Positions 1 through 11,804 of a DNA stretch of 64,000 bases are shown piece by piece. Made by a program: the position numbers and the translations under genes. Origin of the DNA: Auanema rhodensis (lineage: Eukaryota; Animalia; Nematoda). The stretch is from assembly GCA_964057225.1 (NCBI GenBank), contig OZ059895.1, positions 2,914,001 through 2,978,000 of the forward strand, in the 5' to 3' direction. The stretch's first letter is position 1. Each line of letters starts with the position of its first letter. Under the pieces are notes generated by a model. It made no database searches. It worked only from the letters and a program-made list of their open reading frames with translations, and was not told the origin of the DNA.

Positions 1-189
1 TCATATGTTGAACACTATGTTGGAAAGATTTTAATTCAGATTTTCTAACTTTTATTCAGTTTGTTTTTTAAACTTTGATTAAGAACTTTGATTTTCGTAC
101 ACCCATAAATTATACGCAGCACAGGTTACCCTTAAATAATGAACTGACCGACTAATCAGACATGGATCTTTCCTAGTTCTGTTGCTTGA

Positions 190-483
190 ATGGATGTTTT
201 CCTACGTAGGCTAGTAAAACATGCCCTTCAAAGCATCAGAACATGTGATCACATTCCAATATTTTTGTATCTATCTTGTAAAGATAGTAATATATCATAT
301 GTTGAACACTATGTTGGAAAGATTTTAATTCAGATTTTCTAACTTTTATTCAGTTTGTTTTTTAAACTTTGATTAAGAACTTTGATTTTTGTACACCCAT
401 AAATTATACGCAGCACAGGTTACCCTTGAATAATGAACTGACCGACTAATCAGACATGGATCTTTCCTAGTTCTGTTGCTTGA
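190..483. repeat. Reference full-length monomer (A-type, 294 bp)
   Basis: Runs ATG 190 to the base before ATG 484. The variable region reads AGATTTTCTAACTTTTATTCAG. Other types are B (295 bp, AGATTTTTTCAACTTTCACTC), C (296 bp, CGGTTTTTTTTCAAC), A' (295 bp, +T in GTAATTATATC), E (294 bp, AGATTTACGAAC) and F (294 bp, AGATTTTCGAAC). Confidence 0.95.
194..287. other. Cluster of three dyad symmetries present in most monomers (first copy shown)
   Basis: ATGTTTT(194-200)-CCTACGTAGG(201-210, perfect palindrome)-CTAGT-AAAACAT(216-222). ATGTGATCACAT (243-254, perfect 12 bp palindrome). CTATCTT-GTA-AAGATAG (271-287, 7 bp arms). Confidence 0.9.
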
Positions 484-692
484 ATGGATGTTTTCCTACG
501 TAGGCTAGTAAAACATGCCCTTCAAAGCATCAGAACATGTGATCACATTCCAATTTTTTTGTATCTATCTTGTAAAGATAGTAATAAACTTTGATTTTTG
601 TACACCCATAAATTATACGCAGCACCGGTTACCCTTAAATAATGAACTGACCGACTAATCAGACATGGATCTTTCCTAGTTCTGTTGCTTGA
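484..692. repeat. Reference short monomer (S, 209 bp; 85 bp internal deletion)
   Basis: The junction GATAGTAATA|AACTTTGATTTTTGTAC at 586/587 lacks the segment equivalent to 293-377. The same junction is seen about 38 times between 586 and ~54031. Confidence 0.96.
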
Positions 693-3470
693 ATGGATGT
701 TTTCCTACGTAGGCTAGTAAAACATGCCCTTCAAAGCATCAGAACATGTGATCACATTCCAATATTTTTGTATCTATCTTGTAAAGATAGTAATATATCA
801 TATGTTGAACACTATGTTGGAAAGATTTTAATTCAGATTTTTTCAACTTTCACTCAGTTTGTTTTCTAAACTTTGATTAAGAACCTTGAGTTTTGTACAC
901 CCATAAATTATACGCAGCACAGGTTACCCTTAAATAATGAACTGACCGACTAATCAGACATGGATCTTTCCAAGTTCTGTTGCTTGAACGGATGTTTTCC
1001 TACGTAGGCTAGTAAAACATGCCCTTCAAAGCATCAGAACATGTGATCACATTCCAATTTTTTTGTATCTATCTTGTAAAGATAGTAATAAACTTTGATT
1101 TTTGTACACCCATAAATTATACGCAGCACAGGTTACCCTTAAATAATGAACTGACCGACTAATCAGACATGGATCTTTCCAAGTTCTGTTGCTTGAACGG
1201 ATGTTTTCCTACGTAGGCTAGTAAAACATGCCCTTCAAAGCATCAGAACATGTGATCACATTTCAATTTTTTTGTATCTATCTTGTAAAGATAGTAATAT
1301 ATCATATGTTGAACACTATGTTGGAAAGATTTTAATTCAGATTTTTTCAACTTTCACTCAGTTTGTTTTCTAAACTTTGATTAAGAACCTTGTTGTTTGT
1401 ACACCCATAAAATATACGCAGCACAGGTTACCCTTAAATAATGAACTGACCGTCTAATCAGACATGGATCTTCCCAAGTTCTGTTGCTTGAATGGATGTT
1501 TTCCTACGTAGGCTAGTAAAACATGCCCTTCAAAGCATCAGAACATGTGATCACATTCCAATTTTTTTGTATCTATCTTGTAAAGATAGTAATATATCAT
1601 ATGTTGAACACTATGTTGGAAAGATTTTAATTCGGTTTTTTTTCAACTTTCACTCAGTTTGTTTTCTTAACTTTGATTAAGAACCTTGAGTTTTGTACAC
1701 CCATAAATTATACGCAGCACAGGTTACCCTTAAATAATGAACTGACCGACTAATCAGACATGGATCTTTCCTAGTTCTGTTGCTTGAATGGATGTTTTCC
1801 TACGTAGGCTAGTAAAACATGCCCTTCAAAGCATCAGAACATGTGATCACATTCCAATATTTTTGTATCTATCTTGTAAAGATAGTAATATATCATATGT
1901 TGAACACTATGTTGGAAAGATTTTAATTCAGATTTTTTCAACTTTCACTCAGTTTGTTTTCTAAACTTTGATTAAGAACCTTGAGTTTTGTACACCCATG
2001 AATATTACGCAGCACAGGTTACCCTTAAATAATGAACTGACCGACTAATCAGACATGGATCTTTCCTAGTTCTGTTGCTTGAATGGATGTTTTCCTACGT
2101 AGGCTAGTAAAACATGCCCTTCAAAGCATCAGAACATGTGATCACATTCCAATTTTTTTGTATCTATCTTGTAAAGATAGTAATTATATCATATGTTGAA
2201 CACTATGTTGGAAAGATTTTAATTCAGATTTTCTAACTTTTATTCAGTTTGTTTTTTAAACTTTGATTAAGAACTTTGATTTTCGTACACCCATAAATTA
2301 TACGCAGCACAGGTTACCCTTAAATAATGAACTGACCGACTAATCAGACATGGATCTTTCCTAGTTCTGTTGCTTGAATGGATGTTTTCCTACGTAGGCT
2401 AGTAAAACATGCCCTTCAAAGCATCAGAACATGTGATCACATTCCAATATTTTTGTATCTATCTTGTAAAGATAGTAATATATCATATGTTGAACACTAT
2501 GTTGGAAAGATTTTAATTCAGATTTTCTAACTTTTATTCAGTTTGTTTTTTAAATTTTGATTCAGAACTTTGATTTTTGTACACCCATAAATTATACGCA
2601 GCACAGGTTACCCTTGAATAATGAACTGACCGACTAATCAGACATGGATCTTTCCTAGTTCTGTTGCTTGAATGGATGTTTTCCTACGTAGGCTAGTAAA
2701 ACATGCCCTTCAAAGCATCAGAACATGTGATCACATTCCAATATTTTTGTATCTATCTTGTAAAGATAGTAATATATCATATGTTGAACACTATGTTGGA
2801 AAGATTTTAATTCAGATTTTTTCAACTTTCACTCAGTTTGTTTTCTAAACTTTGATTAAGAACCTTGAGTTTTGTACACCCATAAATTATACGCAGCACA
2901 GGTTACCCTTAAATAATGAACTGACCGACTAATCAGACATGGATCTTTCCAAGTTCTGTTGCTTGAACGGATGTTTTCCTACGTAGGCTAGTAAAACATG
3001 CCCTTCAAAGCATCAGAACATGTGATCACATTCCAATTTTTTTGTATCTATCTTGTAAAGATAGTAATAAACTTTGATTTTTGTACACCCATAAATTATA
3101 CGCAGCACAGGTTACCCTTAAATAATGAACTGACCGACTAATCAGACATGGATCTTTCCAAGTTCTGTTGCTTGAACGGATGTTTTCCTACGTAGGCTAG
3201 TAAAACATGCCCTTCAAAGCATCAGAACATGTGATCACATTTCAATTTTTTTGTATCTATCTTGTAAAGATAGTAATATATCATATGTTGAACACTATGT
3301 TGGAAAGATTTTAATTCAGATTTTTTCAACTTTCACTCAGTTTGTTTTCTAAACTTTGATTAAGAACCTTGTTGTTTGTACACCCATAAAATATACGCAG
3401 CACAGGTTACCCTTAAATAATGAACTGACCGTCTAATCAGACATGGATCTTCCCAAGTTCTGTTGCTTGA

Positions 3471-6400
3471 ATGGATGTTTTCCTACGTAGGCTAGTAAAA
3501 CATGCCCTTCAAAGCATCAGAACATGTGATCACATTCCAATTTTTTTGTATCTATCTTGTAAAGATAGTAATATATCATATGTTGAACACTATGTTGGAA
3601 AGATTTTAATTCGGTTTTTTTTCAACTTTCACTCAGTTTGTTTTCTTAACTTTGATTAAGAACCTTGAGTTTTGTACACCCATAAATTATACGCAGCACA
3701 GGTTACCCTTAAATAATGAACTGACCGACTAATCAGACATGGATCTTTCCTAGTTCTGTTGCTTGAATGGATGTTTTCCTACGTAGGCTAGTAAAACATG
3801 CCCTTCAAAGCATCAGAACATGTGATCACATTCCAATATTTTTGTATCTATCTTGTAAAGATAGTAATATATCATATGTTGAACACTATGTTGGAAAGAT
3901 TTTAATTCAGATTTTTTCAACTTTCACTCAGTTTGTTTTCTAAACTTTGATTAAGAACCTTGAGTTTTGTACACCCATGAATTATACGCAGCACAGGTTA
4001 CCCTTAAATAATGAACTGACCGACTAATCAGACATGGATCTTTCCTAGTTCTGTTGCTTGAATGGATGTTTTCCTACGTAGGCTAGTAAAACATGCCCTT
4101 CAAAGCATCAGAACATGTGATCACATTCCAATTTTTTTGTATCTATCTTGTAAAGATAGTAATTATATCATATGTTGAACACTATGTTGGAAAGATTTTA
4201 ATTCAGATTTTCTAACTTTTATTCAGTTTGTTTTTTAAACTTTGATTAAGAACTTTGAATTTCGTACACCCATAAATTATACGCAGCACAGGTTACCCTT
4301 AAATAATGAACTGACCGACTAATCAGACATGGATCTTTCCTAGTTCTGTTGCTTGAATGGATGTTTTCCTACGTAGGCTAGTAAAACATGCCCTTCAAAG
4401 CATCAGAACATGTGATCACATTCCAATATTTTTGTATCTATCTTGTAAAGATAGTAATATATCATATGTTGAACACTATGTTGGAAAGATTTTAATTCAG
4501 ATTTTCTAACTTTTATTCAGTTTGTTTTTTAAATTTTGATTCAGAACTTTGATTTTTGTACACCCATAAATTATACGCAGCACAGGTTACCCTTGAATAA
4601 TGAACTGACCGACTAATCAGACATGGATCTTTCCTAGTTCTGTTGCTTGAATGGATGTTTTCCTACGTAGGCTAGTAAAACATGCCCTTCAAAGCATCAG
4701 AACATGTGATCACATTCCAATTTTTTTGTATCTATCTTGTAAAGATAGTAATAAACTTTGATTTTTGTACACCCATAAATTATACGCAGCACAGGTTACC
4801 CTTAAATAATGAACTGACCGACTAATCAGACATGGATCTTTCCAAGTTCTGTTGCTTGAACGGATGTTTTCCTACGTAGGCTAGTAAAACATGCCCTTCA
4901 AAGCATCAGAACATGTGATCACATTTCAATTTTTTTGTATCTATCTTGTAAAGATAGTAATATATCATATGTTGAACACTATGTTGGAAAGATTTTAATT
5001 CAGATTTTTTCAACTTTCACTCAGTTTGTTTTCTAAACTTTGATTAAGAACCTTGTTGTTTGTACACCCATAAAATATACGCAGCACAGGTTACCCTTAA
5101 ATAATGAACTGACCGTCTAATCAGACATGGATCTTCCCAAGTTCTGTTGCTTGAATGGATGTTTTCCTACGTAGGCTAGTAAAACATGCCCTTCAAAGCA
5201 TCAGAACATGTGATCACATTCCAATTTTTTTGTATCTATCTTGTAAAGATAGTAATATATCATATGTTGAACACTATGTTGGAAAGATTTTAATTCGGTT
5301 TTTTTTCAACTTTCACTCAGTTTGTTTTCTTAACTTTGATTAAGAACCTTGAGTTTTGTACACCCATAAATTATACGCAGCACAGGTTACCCTTAAATAA
5401 TGAACTGACCGACTAATCAGACATGGATCTTTCCTAGTTCTGTTGCTTGAATGGATGTTTTCCTACGTAGGCTAGTAAAACATGCCCTTCAAAGCATCAG
5501 AACATGTGATCACATTCCAATTTTTTTGTATCTATCTTGTAAAGATAGTAATATATCATATGTTGAACACTATGTTGGAAAGATTTTAATTCAGATTTTT
5601 TCAACTTTCACTCAGTTTGTTTTCTAAACTTTGATTAAGAACCTTGAGTTTTGTACACCTATGAATTATACGCAGCACAGGTTACCCTTAAATAATGAAC
5701 TGACCGACTAATCAGACATGGATCTTTCCTAGTTCTGTTGCTTGAATGGATGTTTTCCTACGTAGGCTAGTAAAACATGCCCTTCAAAGCATCAGAACAT
5801 GTGATCACATTCCAATTTTTTTGTATCTATCTTGTAAAGATAGTAATTATATCATATGTTGAACACTATGTTGGAAAGATTTTAATTCAGATTTTCTAAC
5901 TTTTATTCAGTTTGTTTTTTAAATTTTGATTAAGAACTTTGATTTTCGTACACCCATAAATTATACGCAGCACAGGTTACCCTTAAATAATGAACTGACC
6001 GACTAATCAGACATGGATCTTTCCTAGTTCTGTTGCTTGAATGGATGTTTTCCTACGTAGGCTAGTAAAACATGCCCTTCAAAGCATCAGAACATGTGAT
6101 CACATTCCAATTTTTTTGTATCTATCTTGTAAAGATAGTAATATATCATATGTTGAACACTATGTTGGAAAGATTTTAATTCAGATTTTCTAACTTTTAT
6201 TCAGTTTGTTTTTTAAACTTTGATTAAGAACTTTGATTTTTGTACACCCATAAATTATACGCAGCACAGGTTACCCTTGAATAATGAACTGACCGACTAA
6301 TCAGACATGGATCTTTCCTAGTTCTGTTGCTTGAATGGATGTTTTCCTACGTAGGCTAGTAAAACAAGCCCTTCAAAGCATCAGAACATGTGATCACATT

Positions 6401-7134
6401 CCAATTTTTTTGTATCTATCTTGTAAAGATAGTAATAAACTTTGATTTTTGTACACCCATAAATTATACGCAGCACAGGTTACCCTTAAATAATGAACTG
6501 ACCGACTAATCAGACATGGATCTTTCCAAGTTCTGTTGCTTGAACGGATGTTTTCCTACGTAGGCTAGTAAAACATGCCCTTCAAAGCATCAGAACATGT
6601 GATCACATTTCAATTTTTTTGTATCTATCTTGTAAAGATAGTAATATATCATATGTTGAACACTATGTTGGAAAGATTTTAATTCAGATTTTTTCAACTT
6701 TCACTCAGTTTGTTTTCTAAACTTTGATTAAGAACCTTGTTGTTTGTACACCCATAAAATATACGCAGCACAGGTTACCCTTAAATAATGAACTGACCGT
6801 CTAATCAGACATGGATCTTCCCAAGTTCTGTTGCTTGAATGGATGTTTTCCTACGTAGGCTAGTAAAACATGCCCTTCAAAGCATCAGAACATGTGATCA
6901 CATTCCAATTTTTTTGTATCTATCTTGTAAAGATAGTAATATATCATATGTTGAACACTATGTTGGAAAGATTTTAATTCGGTTTTTTTTCAACTTTCAC
7001 TCAGTTTGTTTTCTTAACTTTGATTAAGAACCTTGAGTTTTGTACACCCATAAATTATACGCAGCACAGGTTACCCTTAAATAATGAACTGACCGACTAA
7101 TCAGACATGGATCTTTCCTAGTTCTGTTGCTTGA
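3471..7134. repeat. 1684 bp 6-mer higher-order repeat (C-B-A'-A-S-B'), first run
   Basis: C-type starts at 3471, 5155 and 6839 are spaced by 1684 = 296+295+295+294+209+295, with the same monomer order in each unit. Confidence 0.92.
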
Positions 7135-10100
7135 ATGGATGTTTTCCTACGTAGGCTAGTAAAACATGCCCTTCAAAGCATCAGAACATGTGATCACATT
7201 CCAATTTTTTTGTATCTATCTTGTAAAGATAGTAATATATCATATGTTGAACACTATGTTGGAAAGATTTTAATTCAGATTTACGAACTTTCACTCAGTT
7301 TGTTTTTTAAACTTTGATTGAGAACTTTGATTTTTGTACACCCATAAATTATACGCAGCACAGGTTACCCTTAAATAATGAACTGACCGACTAATCAGAC
7401 ATGGATCTTTCCAAGTTCTGTTGCTTGAATGGATGTTTTCCTACGTAGGCTAGTAGAACATGCCATTCAAAGCATCAGAACATGTGACCACATTCCAATT
7501 TTTTTGTATCTATCTTGTAAAGATAGTAATATATCATATGTTGAACACTATGTTGGAAAGATTTTAATTCAGATTTTCTAACTTTTATTCAGTTTGTTTT
7601 TTAAACTTTGATTAAGAACTTTGATTTTTGTACACCCATAAATTATACGCAGCACAGGTTACCCTTAAATAATGAACTGACCGACTAATCAGACATGGAT
7701 CTTTCCTAGTTCTGTTGCTTGAATGGTTGTTTTCCTACGTAGGCTAGTAAAACATGCCCTTCAAAGCATCAGAACATGTGACCACATTCCAATTTTTTTG
7801 TATCTATCTTGTAAAGATAGTAATATATCATATGTTGAACACTATGTTGGAAAGATTTTAATTCGGTTTTTTTTCAACTTTCACTCAGTTTGTTTTCTTA
7901 ACTTTGATTAAGAACCTTGAGTTTTGTACACCCATAAATTATACGCAGCACAGGTTACCCTTAAATAATGAACTGACCGACTAATCAGACATGGATCTTT
8001 CCTAGTTCTGTTGCTTGAATGGATGTTTTCCTACGTAGGCTAGTAAAACATGCCCTTCAAAGCATCAGAACATGTGATCACATTCCAATTTTTTTGTATC
8101 TATCTTGTAAAGATAGTAATTATATCATATGTTGAACACTATGTTGGAAAGATTTTAATTCAGATTTTCTAACTTTTATTCAGTTTGTTTTTTAAACTTT
8201 GATTAAGAACTTTGATTTTTGTACACCCATAAATTATACGCAGCACAGGTTACCCTTGAATAATGAACTGACCGACTAATCAGACATGGATCTTTCCTAG
8301 TTCTGTTGCTTGAATGGATGTTTTCCTACGTAGGCTAGTAAAACATGCCCTTCAAAGCATCAGAACATGTGATCACATTCCAATTTTTTTGTATCTATCT
8401 TGTAAAGATAGTAATAAACTTTGATTTTTGTACACCCATAAATTATACGCAGCACCGGTTACCCTTAAATAATGAACTGACCGACTAATCAGACATGGAT
8501 CTTTCCTAGTTCTGTTGCTTGAATGGATGTTTTCCTACGTAGGCTAGTAAAACATGCCCTTCAAAGCATCAGAACATGTGATCACATTCCAATATTTTTG
8601 TATCTATCTTGTAAAGATAGTAATATATCATATGTTGAACACTATGTTGGAAAGATTTTAATTCAGATTTTTTCAACTTTCACTCAGTTTGTTTTCTAAA
8701 CTTTGATTAAGAACCTTGAGTTTTGTACACCCATAAATTATACGCAGCACAGGTTACCCTTAAATAATGAACTGACCGACTAATCAGACATGGATCTTTC
8801 CAAGTTCTGTTGCTTGAACGGATGTTTTCCTACGTAGGCTAGTAAAACATGCCCTTCAAAGCATCAGAACATGTGATCACATTCCAATTTTTTTGTATCT
8901 ATCTTGTAAAGATAGTAATAAACTTTGATTTTTGTACACCCATAAATTATACGCAGCACAGGTTACCCTTAAATAATGAACTGACCGACTAATCAGACAT
9001 GGATCTTTCCAAGTTCTGTTGCTTGAACGGATGTTTTCCTACGTAGGCTAGTAAAACATGCCCTTCAAAGCATCAGAACATGTGATCACATTTCAATTTT
9101 TTTGTATCTATCTTGTAAAGATAGTAATATATCATATGTTGAACACTATGTTGGAAAGATTTTAATTCAGATTTTTTCAACTTTCACTCAGTTTGTTTTC
9201 TAAACTTTGATTAAGAACCTTGTTGTTTGTACACCCATAAAATATACGCAGCACAGGTTACCCTTAAATAATGAACTGACCGTCTAATCAGACATGGATC
9301 TTCCCAAGTTCTGTTGCTTGAATGGATGTTTTCCTACGTAGGCTAGTAAAACATGCCCTTCAAAGCATCAGAACATGTGATCACATTCCAATTTTTTTGT
9401 ATCTATCTTGTAAAGATAGTAATATATCATATGTTGAACACTATGTTGGAAAGATTTTAATTCGGTTTTTTTTCAACTTTCACTCAGTTTGTTTTCTTAA
9501 CTTTGATTAAGAACCTTGAGTTTTGTACACCCATAAATTATACGCAGCACAGGTTACCCTTAAATAATGAACTGACCGACTAATCAGACATGGATCTTTC
9601 CTAGTTCTGTTGCTTGAATGGATGTTTTCCTACGTAGGCTAGTAAAACATGCCCTTCAAAGCATCAGAACATGTGATCACATTCCAATATTTTTGTATCT
9701 ATCTTGTAAAGATAGTAATATATCATATGTTGAACACTATGTTGGAAAGATTTTAATTCAGATTTTTTCAACTTTCACTCAGTTTGTTTTCTAAACTTTG
9801 ATTGAGAACCTTGAGTTTTGTACACCCATGAATTATACGCAGCACAGGTTACCCTTAAATAATGAACTGACCGACTAATCAGACATGGATCTTTCCTAGT
9901 TCTGTTGCTTGAATGGATGTTTTCCTACGTAGGCTAGTAAAACATGCCCTTCAAAGCATCAGAACATGTGATCACATTCCAATTTTTTTGTATCTATCTT
10001 GTAAAGATAGTAATTATATCATATGTTGAACACTATGTTGGAAAGATTTTAATTCAGATTTTCTAACTTTTATTCAGTTTGTTTTTTAAACTTTGATTAA

Positions 10101-11804
10101 GAACTTTGATTTTCGTACACCCATAAATTATACGCAGCACAGGTTACCCTTAAATAATGAACTGACCGACTAATCAGACATGGATCTTTCCTAGTTCTGT
10201 TGCTTGAATGGATGTTTTCCTACGTAGGCTAGTAAAACATGCCCTTCAAAGCATCAGAACATGTGATCACATTCCAATATTTTTGTATCTATCTTGTAAA
10301 GATAGTAATATATCATATGTTGAACACTATGTTGGAAAGATTTTAATTCAGATTTTCTAACTTTTATTCAGTTTGTTTTTTAAACTTTGATTAAGAACTT
10401 TGATTTTTGTACACCCATAAATTATACGCAGCACAGGTTACCCTTGAATAATGAACTGACCGACTAATCAGACATGGATCTTTCCTAGTTCTGTTGCTTG
10501 AATGGATGTTTTCCTACGTAGGCTAGTAAAACATGCCCTTCAAAGCATCAGAACATGTGATCACATTCCAATTTTTTTGTATCTATCTTGTAAAGATAGT
10601 AATAAACTTTGATTTTTGTACACCCATAAATTATACGCAGCACCGGTTACCCTTAAATAATGAACTGACCGACTAATCAGACATGGATCTTTCCTAGTTC
10701 TGTTGCTTGAATGGATGTTTTCCTACGTAGGCTAGTAAAACATGCCCTTCAAAGCATCAGAACATGTGATCACATTCCAATATTTTTGTATCTATCTTGT
10801 AAAGATAGTAATATATCATATGTTGTACACTATGTTGGAAAGATTTTAATTCAGATTTTTTCAACTTTCACTCAGTTTGTTTTCTAAACTTTGATTAAGA
10901 ACCTTGAGTTTTGTACACCCATAAATTATACGCAGCACAGGTTACCCTTAAATAATGAACTGACCGACTAATCAGACATGGATCTTTCCAAGTTCTGTTG
11001 CTTGAACGGATGTTTTCCTACGTAGGCTAGTAAAACATGCCCTTCAAAGCATCAGAACATGTGATCACATTTCAATTTTTTTGTATCTATCTTGTAAAGA
11101 TAGTAATATATCATATGTTGAACACTATGTTGGAAAGATTTTAATTCAGATTTTTTCAACTTTCACTCAGTTTGTTTTCTAAACTTTGATTAAGAACCTT
11201 GTTGTTTGTACACCCATAAAATATACGCAGCACAGGTTACCCTTAAATAATGAACTGACCGTCTAATCAGACATGGATCTTCCCAAGTTCTGTTGCTTGA
11301 ATGGATGTTTTCCTACGTAGGCTAGTAAAACATGCCCTTCAAAGCATCAGAACATGTGATCACATTCCAATTTTTTTGTATCTATCTTGTAAAGATAGTA
11401 ATAAACTTTGATTTTTGTACACCCATAAATTATACGCAGCACAGGTTACCCTTAAATAATGAACTGACCGACTAATCAGACATGGATCTTTCCAAGTTCT
11501 GTTGCTTGAACGGATGTTTTCCTACGTAGGCTAGTAAAACATGCCCTTCAAAGCATCAGAACATGTGATCACATTTCAATTTTTTTGTATCTATCTTGTA
11601 AAGATAGTAATATATCATATGTTGAACACTATGTTGGAAAGATTTTAATTCAGATTTTTTCAACTTTCACTCAGTTTGTTTTCTAAACTTTGATTAAGAA
11701 CCTTGTTGTTTGTACACCCATAAAATATACGCAGCACAGGTTACCCTTAAATAATGAACTGACCGTCTAATCAGACATGGATCTTCCCAAGTTCTGTTGC
11801 TTGA

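Noticed and set aside
94-110. CENP-B box at TTCGTACACCC
   Set aside because: Only TTCG matches. The required A and CGGG positions of NTTCGNNNNANNCGGGN are absent.
144-160. Hammerhead ribozyme core, as found in some animal satellites
   Set aside because: CTGACCGA on + and CTGATTA/CTGATGC on - do not match CUGANGA, and I found no compatible three-stem arrangement with GAAA.
244-253. TGTGA/TCACA resembling a bacterial CRP site
   Set aside because: CRP needs a 6 bp spacer, and here the spacer is zero. There is also no bacterial gene context.
543-581. Sm-site-like AATTTTTTTG between two hairpins, suggesting a tandem snRNA or SL RNA gene
   Set aside because: The U-run is 7 and is followed by GT rather than GR. 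It is often interrupted (AATATTTTTG), and I recognise no snRNA, SL or 5S sequence. An Infernal/Rfam scan and small-RNA data would settle it.
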